A stretch of 64,000 nucleotides of DNA from a bacterium (GTDB lineage: Bacteria > Hinthialibacterota > Hinthialibacteria > Hinthialibacterales > Hinthialibacteraceae). The stretch is from NCBI GenBank assembly GCA_963663405.2, contig CAXXSM010000106.1, positions 22,678 to 86,677 on the forward strand, in the 5' to 3' direction. A model generated the notes under the pieces. That model ran no database searches and was not told the DNA's origin. It was given only the letters and a program-made list of their open reading frames with translations. The stretch's first letter is position 1. Every line of letters starts with the position of its first letter. A program made the position numbers and the translations under genes. Of this stretch, positions 1-11,879 are shown in pieces.

Positions 1-1
1 A

Positions 2-184
2 ATCGACGATGATGACGCGAAACCAAACGATTATGGTGGATTTGAAGTGCAGACATGGTGGCCGGTTACAAAGCGCGTGAGTGGCTGGACGCTGGAACAA
101 GCGTACTTTTACGCCTCCGATGAGATTGAGGAAGGCATACACATCACTGATTTCGGTGGTTTCGTTTCCCGGAACCAATTTTAA
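2..184 (+). CDS. 3' end of an unidentified CDS running in from the left edge
   Basis: Open frame IDDDDAKPNDYGGFEVQTWWPVTKRVSGW...FVSRNQF* from position 2; no family recognised. Confidence 0.4.
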   Translation: MDDDDAKPNDYGGFEVQTWWPVTKRVSGWTLEQAYFYASDEIEEGIHITDFGGFVSRNQF

Positions 185-372
185 ACGGTGGCTCTCTCGG
201 TATACTTCGGCCTGTCGTCTGAGATTACTATCGGTTCCTTCGTGGGAAGTTTATTAATGGGAGCCAGATTATCTAGAACGGCCAAAAAGGAATTTATACA
301 CAAGCAACGTTAACGCTCCAATCTGCCCAATCGACGCGGGCGCCTAACCAATGAAGAAATCCCGGATCGAGT

Positions 373-564
373 TTAAAATCCCCCGATATGGAATCCTTCC
401 AGAAAAATGATGATAACAGTTATAAAGTAAATGAATCCGTAGAAAACGAGAGTAAAAAATAAAAGCCTTTCCGCGCATGACAGATATATGTTTTTTTTTC
501 TTCTAATTCCGCTTTTAAAAAGTTTTTTTGTGAATTTGTCAAGTTTCTCGGATTCTTTCTGCAT
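373..564 (-). CDS. small putative membrane protein
   Basis: 63-aa ORF with a C-terminal hydrophobic segment, downstream of the RHH gene on the same strand. Confidence 0.35.
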   Translation of the reverse strand: MQKESEKLDKFTKKLFKSGIRRKKNIYLSCAERLLFFTLVFYGFIYFITVIIIFLEGFHIGGF

Positions 565-642
565 TATCTTGTTCTCATGAATCTACATTCCACAATTCGT
601 ATTTATTCCGATTGCCTGCCGTTTTCGTAACACAGAGAAGAA

Positions 643-891
643 TCAGGTGGTGGAATTAAGTCTTTTTGGAGTTGGCGTAATGAACGGCATGATGATCTCT
701 TTGTATTTATCCTCTTTTTCATCTACGGAAGCGATTACTTTCCCTTCGCGCTTCTCGTTGATCGCCCATTGAAGAAAAACTCAGGGGCGTTATTGACGAG
801 TTTCTTTTTTCGTGCGAATCCCCGTCAATCTCATCATCTCTTCCAATTCATCGAGATATTCTTCTGATAATTCAAATTGAATTCTTTTCAT
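643..891 (-). CDS. CopG-like ribbon-helix-helix DNA-binding protein (frameshifted)
   Basis: Manual translation: MKRIQFELSEEYLDELEEMMRLTGIRTKKE, then across indels near 780-805 roughly LVNNALSFLQWAINEKREGKVIASVDEKEDKYKEIIMPF. Alternating RIQFEL strand followed by two helices. Confidence 0.65.
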
Positions 892-1494
892 GGTTCTTTC
901 TTTTCCATAGTGCAATCCATCTCGATCAAACGAGCGCACCTATGGTTCTCCATCTTTTTTCATGGTCATCATATTCGGCGATGATAAATTGCTTTATTAT
1001 TAAATCTTCATGTCCCTATTCTCTCGATATCAGAAAGATCTTTTAATGAGTAAGATCCTTCCTCTTTATTCTCATTTTTTCTCTTTGGAATCAAGAAATT
1101 TCTGGGCCATGATCTCGAAACTCCCATTAAAAAAACGTTAACTCATCAGTAGCAACCATTTTCATTTTACTTCTCCTTGTTTTTTCAAAAAACTCCGCGC
1201 TCCTCAAAAAACCATAACTTGAATTCATAACATTGGAATAAAGTCATATTAATTATAATTACCATCATTGTAAGCTCATTAAATGAGTAAATCAAGAGTT
1301 TTTTTTTTTTGATATTTAATAATCATGAAGTGATTCTTTTATGAGTATATTATAGTATCCATTCTTGATTTTATGATATATCCCGGTAGAAAAACAATTC
1401 TGTAGGGAGAAAGTATGGACGTATCAACTGGAAGGATTAAATCGATTGATCTAGAATAGATTCCAATTTTCATAAAAAAGGATAGATTTAAACC

Positions 1495-1993
1495 ATGAAA
1501 AAGTATCTCCCCACTTCCTTACCCTTAATCCTCATCTGCGCTTTGTTCTTTCTTATTTACGAACGAAGCACTCCGGATTCGCAGTCAAAAGCCATTTCGA
1601 AGAATCAACACCAAGTCATCTTATCTAAAGACGCCCCCGCTCCGATTGGACCTTATTCACAGGCGATTCTTGTTGGAAACACTCTTTATCTCGCAGGGCA
1701 GATCGCGATCGATTCTTCAACGGGACAAATGGCCGCGGGGGGGATTCAGGATCAAAACCGTGCAAGTCATGAAAAAACCTTCAAGCCGTTTTAATGACGG
1801 CGGGATTCTCCTTCAAAGACGTAGGTTTTAACACAGGTTTTTCTCAGTGATTTGGATCATTACGGCGCGATGAATGAAATTTATAAAAACATATTTTGAC
1901 GAAGCGCCTCCCGCCCGCGCTGTCGTTGAAGCTGCGCGGATTCCGAAAGACGCGCTGGTGGAAATCATGATGACAGCGGTGAAATGTGAGTGA
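1495..1993 (+). CDS. ridA: RidA/YjgF/UK114 family reactive-intermediate deaminase with N-terminal hydrophobic extension (frameshifted)
   Basis: APAPIGPYSQA...LYLAGQIAID motif; downstream frames give MNEIYKTYF and PPARAVVEAARIPKDALVEIMMTAVKCE*. Confidence 0.85.
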
Positions 1994-2032
1994 TTTCCTT
2001 TTCATCACTATGATCGTAAGATAGTATTTCTA

Positions 2033-3596
2033 TCACGATTCTTTATCGATTGTATTCTCAACCGGCGCACGGCCATAGATTTCCGTCATTTTCTTCAAGC
2101 GTTGGCTGATGGAATCAGTCATACTCGCCTTATCACACTGCCATTGCCAATTTCCATGCTCTCGGCCGGGAAGGTTCATTCTCGCTTCACCTCCTAGACC
2201 CAAAATATCCTGCATGGGAAAGACAACCGTATCGGCCACAGAAGCCATCAAAGCGCGAATGAATTGCCAGTGGATATCTCTATCTTCAATTGAGAGATAA
2301 TCCCGCGCATACGCTTTTTTCTCTCTCTACCTCTTCTTTTGTTCGTGTGCTGTCCTTATCACCCGCGCTTCGCCACCAACCGAGCAGTGTATCGTTGTCA
2401 TGAGTTTCCGGTATACGCCGCTGTGTCGCGGGTATAATTATGCGGCAGATCACCACATTCCGCGTCCGCCCCGAATCCGAATTGAAGAATCACCATACCA
2501 GGAAGATTGTAGCGTTCCCGCAAGGCTTCTACCTTCGGCGTGATGACTCCTAAATTCTCGGCGATAACCGGTAGTTTACCAAGCGCGTTTTCTAATGCGT
2601 CAAATAATGCTCCGCCGGGTCCCTTTACCCACTGACCATTTACGGCGGTCGATTCGGATGCTGGAACTTCCCAATACGCCTCAAATCCCCGGAAATGATC
2701 GAGCCGGACGATATCCACTTGCGTAAGAATCTGCCGGAATCTATCGATCCACCATTGATAACCGCTCTTCGCGAACCGATCCCATCGGTAGATGGGATTT
2801 CCCCACAGCTGCCCGGTTTCGCTGAAATAATCCGGCGGCACACCTGCAACTACAGTAGGATCGCCTTTTTCATCCAAATAAAACATGCCGGGATTGGCCC
2901 ACACATCGCAACTGTCATGCGCAACGTAGATGGGAATATCGCCGATGATCTTGATTCCCCGTTCCTGACAATATTCCTTCACAGCGCGCCATTGTGTGAA
3001 AAAGAGATACTGCCAGAATTTGCGCGCTTCAATTTCATGACTTAACTTTTTCCTCCAACCGGAGACCGCGTCAGGAGAACGCAGGGCGATCTCTGGATCC
3101 CACTTTGTCCAGACCGCTCCCCCATGCGCCTCTTTCAATGATACGAACAGAGCGAAATCATCTAACCACCATGCGTTCTCTTTACAAAACGCCTCCACGT
3201 TCTCATGTAATGTGGATGGGATATTTTTCTTGAAAGTGTCAAACGCTTTTTGAAGCAACGGAAAATTTATATTCAATTACACGCCCATAATCTATCTTTG
3301 TTTCGGGCAATGAAGAAACATCTGGCAGGTCCGACGGCGCCAGCAATCCCTCTTCTACTAATTTCTGCAAATCGATTAAGAGGGGATTCCCGGCGAAGGC
3401 GGAGAAACTCTGATAGGGGGAATCCCCATATCCTGTGGGCCCCAATGGTAAAACCTGCCATAACCGCTGCCTTGAATCGAAAAGGAAATCGATGAATCGG
3501 AACGCCGCTTGTCCCAATTCGCCGATTCCATATTGCCCCTGGCAACGATGTTGGATGTAAAAGAATCCCACTCGATCGAGGAAATTTCATAGCCAT
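2033..3596 (-). CDS. malQ: 4-alpha-glucanotransferase (amylomaltase, GH77), split by frameshifts
   Basis: RSSGILLHPTSLPG, WQVLPLGPTGYGDSPYQSFSAFAGNP, GDIPIYVA, GVPPDYFSETGQLWGNP, RLDHFRGF, QDILGLGGEARMNLPG across consecutive ORFs. Confidence 0.95.
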
Positions 3597-3679
3597 TGGC
3601 TCCTGTTTTCAATCTCAAAAGAATATTTGAACATAATATCATACTGGTTTAAACTTTTCGTTGGAGTAGAAAATGTTTT

Positions 3680-5865
3680 TTATTTTTCCTGCGTCATGAA
3701 ACGCCACTCCATATCGGTATACCCGCTTTTATAGGAACCATCAATATTTGATATGACGCCTGTTAATTGACCATTATCGTCACGGTACGCGGAGAGTTTT
3801 ATCCAACAATATTCGCCCCGTTCATAGTTAAACGTTTTCACCGTCATCGTCGTACAATACCGTCTGCGATGGTAAGGCGCCGTAATGCCGAATTTCCAAC
3901 GCAATGGGACATCTCATCAATGCAATCGGCTCCACTTCTTTTAACAATGGAATAATGGCGCCTTCACGGACATATAGCGGGATACGATCCAATGAAGGTT
4001 GTACAGTAATCACTTCACCATTTCCTACATAATCGCCAGTGTAAAAATCATACCATTTTCCATGAGGTAGAATCACTGTTCTTGCTGTTTCTCCGACGAA
4101 TAGTGGCGCGACTAAAAGACTTTTGCCAAACATGTATTGATCGGTTACATCTTCCCGGATGGCTTCGGCGTAAGGATTATCCACGTCATCCAATTTCTGG
4201 TTTTCGGAGCGTTCACTATCGGTATAATCCGGTTCCAATACCATTGAACGGATTGGAGGTATACCTTCAAAATGGTAGTGAGCGAAGGCTGTGTAGATAT
4301 AGGGCAGCAAACGTATGCGCAGATTGATTGTATCCCGAACACGATCTTCGACTTCCGGAAACGACCAAGGTTTTGTATTGGAAAACCAGCCGTTCAATTG
4401 TACTAAATGTGAGAAACAAACGGATTGCATCCGGCGCACCCATTCCTCGCCTGACTGCGCCGAACGAATTTCTGGCGTATACAACAATCCACAAAATCCG
4501 CTATTCACTACCGCCGTGATAAAACCTCGATGATCGTAATGGTCTGTATAAATAGCGAAGGGATACGCGGAAGACGCCGCGTTGTTCGCTCGAATCAGTG
4601 AATAGGTTCGCTGGTTACGGCTGCGAAATACATCCATCATCATCTTTTGAATTTGTAATGCGTATGTCTGACGCATCTGTTCGCCGCTTGTCCCTGAAGG
4701 GAAAACAGCGTGATCAGGCCAAAGCCAGCGATCGTATCCGTCAACTTCATCGAACTTGTAACCGCTGACACCCATATTTAGGTGACATTCTTTGTGTTGT
4801 TTGGTAAAGATATCCCGCGCTTGGCTCATCATGAAATCGGGAACAAGACCCAACCAGACCATATGAGATCCGGTGTAGGGTTTTATCGCTTTGTAGAAAC
4901 TCGCATTGGGTGAGATATATGGATTCTCCCACAGATTGATTTGAATCCCTCGCTCTTTCATTTTGTTAAGAAAATCCTGAGGATTAGGAAAACGGGAAGG
5001 ACTCCATTCAAAAGAGCATGGATAGGATTTGCTATGCCAGCCTGGTTCCAGACCGATTACATCGAGAGGAAATCCACGGCGTTTGAATTCGTCCGCTTCC
5101 GCGATAACCTCTTTGTCACTTGCCAAGGAACGCATCCGATGCCAGAAACCCAAACCCCATTTTGGGGGGAGCACTCCACCACCACAATACAGATTGAATC
5201 GCCTAACAACATCTAACATACTAGGCGCGGCGAAAACAATGATCTCCATACCGTTCCCATAAACACTCGCTTCCACGCTATCGGAAAGAGGCTGCGCCTG
5301 CCAATTCCGGTCTGTATTCCGGTCACGGATCTTTGGCAGATTGGGAGAATCTTTTCGATTGCCGATACCGGCGTAAATATCGATATACCGGGGAGAATTG
5401 AACAAGACACCATATCCCGCTGAAGAAATATAAAAGGGAGTTGGAGCATGTAAGCGTTCGTTTCCACGGCTGTAGTGGTCCGTACGCAGGTGATACACTT
5501 TTCCCCGTCTATTCAAACCTTGAAACTGGAGTCCGAGACCATATAGTTTTTCATCCGGTTTAAGGGGAATCCGAACAATGGTTCGTCCTCCATAAACGAG
5601 GCCACAAACTGTGGATGGATCGAATGGGAAATCAGAGGGAGCTATTGCCTTTAATGGGTCCATCTGGGGAGGCGCTCCTGCAAAATCAAGGTATGTCGTT
5701 TTCCTCATGGTCTCCTATAACCGCGGCCCAAACGCCAGGCGCCTGTTTTTCCCATTGGAGTTGTTTCATCCCTTCTAACGTAACATCAAACGCGGAAGCG
5801 AATTGGTTTATCATTAGTATGAGAAGAATTGAACAAATTTGATAAATCTGTAATCGGTGAATCAT
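3680..5865 (-). CDS. GH31 family glycoside hydrolase, probably secreted (frameshifted near both ends)
   Basis: LPPKWGLGFW, RRGFPLDVIGLEPGW, GYKFDEVD, QYMFGKSLLVAP, WYDFYTG, LYDDDGE. Upstream frame MIHRLQIYQICSILLILMINQFASAFD... supplies a signal peptide. Confidence 0.85.
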
Positions 5866-6091
5866 AATAATCCTTCATAAACTAGAATTGTTGTCGAACT
5901 ATTTTAGGTTATCTTGGACATGTTTCGAAGTAATAGCGTATCATCATTCTTTAGATGAAGAGAATATTATTTTTGTTATAACTCTTGGTGGGAGTGTTTT
6001 GTTATATGGCACAGTGACCCAAAGGCTCCTGCTAGACGCGACTCAATATATGTGGAATCATTTGAGAAAACGTGTATGCTATACAAAAAAA

Positions 6092-9000
6092 ATGACAAAA
6101 TCGATCTTAATTGAAAAGCATAATTATAGTTTCTTCTGGCAATCTTTTTTATTGTTTTGCTTGCGCTTGATCTTCTGTTGGAACAATCATTCCTATGCGG
6201 ATCCGAGTCCTTCCCAAATCCCTCTTTTTTCTTCCACTGTATCCACATCATCCAATCAATCGATCACAAATAAGGGAACGATCAATCGTTCCGGAACGGA
6301 TGATTACGAACCAATCCAGGAGAGGCGGCGGCTTCCCGGAAAACTAGGTATTTTTAGCGCAACGGCCGATTGGGGAGCGCCAGAATTCCCACCTTTGCAA
6401 GAAGAGTTCAAAGCGCCAGGCCGAGTGGAGATTTCGGGACCAATTGAGAATCCAGTTTACGACTTGTATGGAAACGGAGACGAACTATGGATGACCAATG
6501 ATGAAGCCTTTTATCTTTATACAGAGAAAACTGGATCGTGGAGCCTTTCCGGTAAACTCCAGTGGTGTTCCCCTGGCGGGGGGGATGTGTGGGCGAAAGT
6601 CGCTCTCATGATCCGCGATGAAGGGGAAGCGCCGGATTCAAAATATTATTCTCTTATGCTTTGTTCTGGTTTAAAAGAACCATACGGTGATTATATGAGT
6701 ATACAAAAGCGGACTGAAAAAAGGCCGTTATACGGACTCTTTCGATAAAGAAAGGATCGTGAGAAATAGCAGTCTTTTCGTTCCATCTCCCAGCGATGGC
6801 GTCTACTTCCGTATCACGAGAATCACGCCAGAAAATCTGTTTTATTCTGAGTTTTCGTTTGATGGAGTGAAATGGATCTTTCTACATTGGACACGGATTG
6901 AAATGAAAAAAACTGTGTCTTATGGAGTCGTATTAAATAATTACGCAGATAATGAGCTTCTCGCCCATGCGCGGGTAACGGATATGGCGTTGGAACCGGC
7001 GCCTCCAATTGCCATGCGGCATTTCTCTGACCATCAATATACATCTGGGAATCCGGTTCAGGTTCAATTGACTTTGACCAATCCGCTGGAACAAATGGAG
7101 AATGTGACGATTACCGAAAGACCGCCCAATGGTTGGACCGTCAGCGCGATCCATCCTGAAGGAGTACAGACTGATGGGACAATCATTTGGAGCCGGAAAA
7201 TTGAACCGGGAACAGCAGTCTTGACATACGACGCCTATCCCCCGCTAGAGAGTTCAAGTGAAGTGGCAATGTTTCGAGGCGCTGTCAACTCCCAACAGAT
7301 CATGGGTGAAATGGAACTCCCACCATTGCTGACAAATAGTGGATTCCCTCCTGCTGGGCAATGGCGCTTTTGGACCGCGTCGGATAATCTATTCAATTCT
7401 TGTTGTTATCGAGTTTCAGTAAGTGAAAATGGCACAGTTTGGAGTACTCACTCAATTCAAGGAATCACAAGGCACTATCCCCTTGATAATGTCAGCCGGT
7501 TGGACGGTTATCATGTAAAAATCTTTGAAGAGGCCGCGCGAAATACTCCGATCTATGAAAACCGGTTTGGGCAAATCTGGTCTCTTACTTTGGGTGGGGG
7601 CAGCTATCTTGGTTTGCAGCGATACGAACCGGTTAGCGGTGAATGGACCAAATGGGAAATCGAGGAAATCAAGGCGACAAGAATACCGACAGGCGTTCCT
7701 GAGCGTGTTAATATTTCGCTTCTTTCACTGACTCCCGATCGTTTACTTTTCCTTCTTCCCGATCGTCTGATGGAATTTAACACGACGATTGAACAGGCAA
7801 GATCGATCAGGGGAGTAAAGGATACAAATTTGGGCAGCTTCAGGGATATGTGTATCGCCAGAGATGGTGGAATTTGGATTACAGGTTTAAACGGTCTTGC
7901 AAAACTACAAAGTGAACTAGGATTGGAAGGTTCTCTCTCCGAATACACTGAATATCTTTTTTGAGAGGGATGATGGATTTCGCAATCTTTTATACCCCTA
8001 TGAAGACGAAAAGGGAACTTTTTGGGGAGTTGTAAACGCGCTCGGAAATCCAAGAGAATGCTTGGTGTGTTTTGATAAAAAATGTTGGAAAATGCTCTAT
8101 TCACTCCAAAATTATCCTATTGATAAAAGATTGTTAAGATTGATAGGATATCCCAGTCAAAACGAGAGTTTTTGGATTGCAGGTATCTCCTCAATTTATC
8201 ATATTGAAGGACTCCATGAGGAATTTGTATCTAAGAATGTTATCATTCCCGATAGTGTTTGGGATGTCGCTATGGAGCCAAGTGGTGTTCTTTGGCTCGC
8301 TACCGCGCAAGGACTCGCGCGGCATTCACCGGTTCCTTGGAGAATCCCCATAGGAATTCCTCGAATCAATCAAGTCTGCCATTCGATCATTGAAGACCAA
8401 AATGGACGTCTCTGGTTTGCTTGTGTGGATACACTCAATTGTTTTGAATCAGGGCAATGGAAAACCTATGTCCTGCCTCGCAGGCTGTTTGAATCCGACA
8501 CCAATTCACTGTGTGTATTGCCGGATGGCCGAATCGCGATCCGGCCCACAACCGATTCATTATTTGTTTTCAATCCAGAGATTGAAAGCGTCGAGTATAT
8601 CCAACGCCCTGCGAGTCATCATATTGAACTAATCGCCCAACGTAAAAATGGAGGGATTTTACTCGATTCGTACGGCTCAGCTATCGCCCGGTTGGAATCC
8701 TACGATGGAGAACGCTTCGAAACGGTTTTGGAGAGAGAAACAAAATGGGCGAGCGGTTATTCCCGGTATATGATTGAAGCGAAGGATGGGACGATTTGGA
8801 TGGCTGGTGAAGATAAACATGGATTGGCCCGAATTCAAAATGGACAATACCAATTACTCGGTCCAGAAGAGAATTATCCAGGTGGTGACGCGTTTTGTAT
8901 TCTTGAAAAGGACGACGGAAAAATCTGGATTGGTGGACGGGATTCAATCCTCGAATATCGTGACAATAAATATACTGTTGTTCGTTCTGGATTTGGGATT

Positions 9001-10320
9001 GTACAGTCGATGATCCAATCACGAAACGGCGATGTTTGGATCGCTTCCGAAACAGGACTTCATCGATTCCGCAACGGATCGTGGGTCACTCATACGGAGG
9101 AAGATGGGCTCCCCACCAGGATGGTGAATGAAGTGTTTGAAGATAGTCAAAGTAGAATTTGGATCGGGACCAGCCAGGGCATCCGACAGTATGACCCAAA
9201 GACAGATATGGATCCACCGATCGCTTTTCTTGATCCGAAGAATCCAGAAGAGATCTCTTCCAAAGGGGATGCGCAATTTTTCTTCTCCGGGATCGATAAA
9301 TGGAAATTTACAGAAAGCCATCGCCTGTTGTATTCCTACCAGATCGATGAAGGTAATTGGACTCCTTATGTGAGTGGTACGGTCGCTTCGATCACAGGAC
9401 TAACACCAGGAAATCATGTTCTTCACTATCGTGTAATGGATCGGAACTGGAATGAATCCGAACCTGTTTCATGTAACTTTCGAGTTGCACAGATTTGGTA
9501 TAAAGAACGGAAGTTCCTGATTATTATTTCTATCTCTACAGTGATAATTCTCGGTTTGCTTGGAATGCATCTCTATAATTATTTCCAATTAGAAAATCTC
9601 GTCAGAGTGCGCACGTCTTCTCTGTCCGCCGCCAACAAAGAACTTGTCACTCATCAAACACAATTACAAAACTTGACGTCCGAGCTCTCATTAATCGAAG
9701 AACGGGAGCGAAGAGGATTGGCTTCGGATTTGCATGATAGTGTGAGTCAATCCATATCACTATCGATTATGGAACTATCGGATATTGGGGAATCGAACTC
9801 GATGGATGATGTTAGAGAAAAAGCGGCGGGTATCAGTGACAGACTTGAACAATCACTTCATGCGACTCAAAATATGACATTCGAACTGTGTCCTCCTGAA
9901 TTGTATCAAATTGGATTGGACGCGGCGATCCGGGAATTGGCCGCGCAACTGCGAAAGCAGAATGGAATCGATTATGTCATAAAGGATGATCGACATCCAA
10001 CAGAACTGTCCGAAGATCTCCGGTATTTTTTATTCCGCGCGACTCGGGAGTTGTTAATCAATATTACGAAACACGCCAGCGCCAAACGAGTGTGGATCCA
10101 ATTAAACTCGATTGATGATACGTTTACCATTCAAGTGCGGGATGATGGGATTGGTTTCAATCCGAAAACAATCCAACATGATTCAATGCGCCAAGGTGGA
10201 TTTGGATTGTTCAGCCTTCGGGAACGTTTGACGCAGCTGGGAGGTTCATTGACGATTGAATCAAAGTCAGGTGAAGGCTCGGAGATTACGATTACCATTC
10301 CATTAACAAGAGTGTCGTAA
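6092..10320 (+). CDS. NarL-associated sensor histidine kinase with periplasmic lectin-like, Ig-like and beta-propeller/Y_Y_Y domains (split into three ORFs)
   Basis: Reg_prop-type repeats (IEDQNGRLWF, EDSQSRIWIGT), Y_Y_Y region (LLYSYQIDEGNW...GLTPGNHVL), TM helix, HisKA_3 EERERRGLASDLHD, HATPase DDGIGF and GFGLFSLRER. Confidence 0.85.
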
Positions 10321-10331
10321 GGAAATACAAC

Positions 10332-10988
10332 ATGAATATCCGGATTTTATTGGCGGATGACCACGAAGTGGTGCGGAAAGGCTTTCGATCCCTGTTGGAG
10401 AAACAAGCCGATTGTGAAGTGATCGGGGAAGCGACAAATGGACTAGAAACGGTAATGATGGCGAAGGAATTGAATCCGGACGTTGTCGTGATGGATATTA
10501 GTATGCCGAAATTGAATGGAATTGAAGCGACACGCCAAATCAAAGCGCATAATTCTTCTATCAAAATCCTTGCTCTGTCCGTGCATTCGCGAGGATCGGT
10601 TGTAGGTCAGATTATACAGGCGGGCGCATCCGGCTATCTTCCGAAGAGCAGTTCTGTGAAAGAATTTTTGAAAGCCATCCATTCGATCATGCGTAATCGT
10701 ACCTACATTAGCCCAAAAATCATGGATTCTATGGTGGAATATCTTCAAGAAGAACCGGTTCCCAAAAAGATGTCATTGGACTTACTCACACCGCGAGAGC
10801 GAGAAGTGCTCGATTTGATCAAAAACGGAAAAACCACGAAAGAAATCAGCTCCATTCTTTACATCAGTGAAAAAACAGTCGAATCTCACCGCTATCAGAT
10901 CATGCAGAAACTGGGAGTTCATAATCTGGCGGAATTGATCAAATTCGCGATTCAGGAGGAGTTTGACATAGAAAACGGCGTTGATTAA
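10332..10988 (+). CDS. NarL/FixJ family response regulator (REC + LuxR HTH)
   Basis: ILLADDHEVVRKG, VVVMDISMP, LTPREREVL...TVESHRYQIMQKL. Confidence 0.95.
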   Translation: MNIRILLADDHEVVRKGFRSLLEKQADCEVIGEATNGLETVMMAKELNPDVVVMDISMPKLNGIEATRQIKAHNSSIKILALSVHSRGSVVGQIIQAGASGYLPKSSSVKEFLKAIHSIMRNRTYISPKIMDSMVEYLQEEPVPKKMSLDLLTPREREVLDLIKNGKTTKEISSILYISEKTVESHRYQIMQKLGVHNLAELIKFAIQEEFDIENGVD

Positions 10989-11067
10989 AGCGCGTGAACT
11001 TTTTTTTGCATATTTCGATACATTTACCAATGTATCTTTTCAATTCCGTGACATAGAACCATCCTTT

Positions 11068-11154
11068 TCAGGGAATGTCCCTAGGGACATTCCCTGATCC
11101 TTCCAACGATTTTCTAAGGCTTTTCCCTTACTTGAAAATCAGTGATTTCCCTAA
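11068..11154. promoter_or_regulatory. array of NarL/RcsB-type operator sites including a perfect 30-bp palindrome
   Basis: tcagggaatgtccctagggacattccctga (11068-11097), taaggcttttccctta (11115-11130), tcagtgatttccctaa (11139-11154). Confidence 0.7.
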
Positions 11155-11214
11155 TATTCAAAAGATTTCTTTTACATTATTGTATATCGATGTTTGATCG
11201 AGAAATGAAGCGCT

Positions 11215-11628
11215 ATGAGAAAAATGAAAATATTATTGGTTGACGATCATGCGCCGTTTCGCGAGGTCTTCCGAAAAATCCTTCAAACGAGCGTTTTGGT
11301 AGAAGAAATCCTCGAAGCCGAGAACGGGGACACCGCTATTGTGATGACGAGAGATCATCAGCCGGATCTGATTTTCATGGATCTCGCGATGCCGAAGGAT
11401 GGATTAAGCGCCACGAAAACGATTCATCAAGGATGGCCTGATATCAAAATCGTGATTCTGACCGTTCACGCCAAGAAAAGTTTTGTAGAAAAAGCTATCG
11501 AATTTGGCGCGAGTGGCTATCTCATTAAGAAAAGTGTAAAACAGGAATTGATTGAAGCGTTTAATTCAATCAAGAAAGGAGAACTGTACATCAGCCGAGA
11601 ACTGAACAATTGGAAAGAAGAAGGGTAA
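11215..11628 (+). CDS. single-domain response regulator (REC only, NarL-like)
   Basis: ILLVDDHAPFR, LIFMDLAMP, GASGYLIK; no HTH. Confidence 0.9.
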   Translation: MRKMKILLVDDHAPFREVFRKILQTSVLVEEILEAENGDTAIVMTRDHQPDLIFMDLAMPKDGLSATKTIHQGWPDIKIVILTVHAKKSFVEKAIEFGASGYLIKKSVKQELIEAFNSIKKGELYISRELNNWKEEG

Positions 11629-11879
11629 GAAGTTTACATGAAAAAGATGATGTATGTTTTCTTAATTCTTAAACATAATAGTTTTTAGGGGGGAATCTAT
11701 TAGGAAGGGAGGTGGTAAATGATCAAGCGAAACAATTCTTCAAGATGAAATGGGAAGCGTAAATAGGGTAATTAAAAAAGGCATAATCAAATTGATCCAA
11801 ACGTTTAAATCTTGTTATCCATCATCAATGATTAGGTAAATCACTGGTGAAAGACAAAAATCTTGTTAAGGAGAGTATC

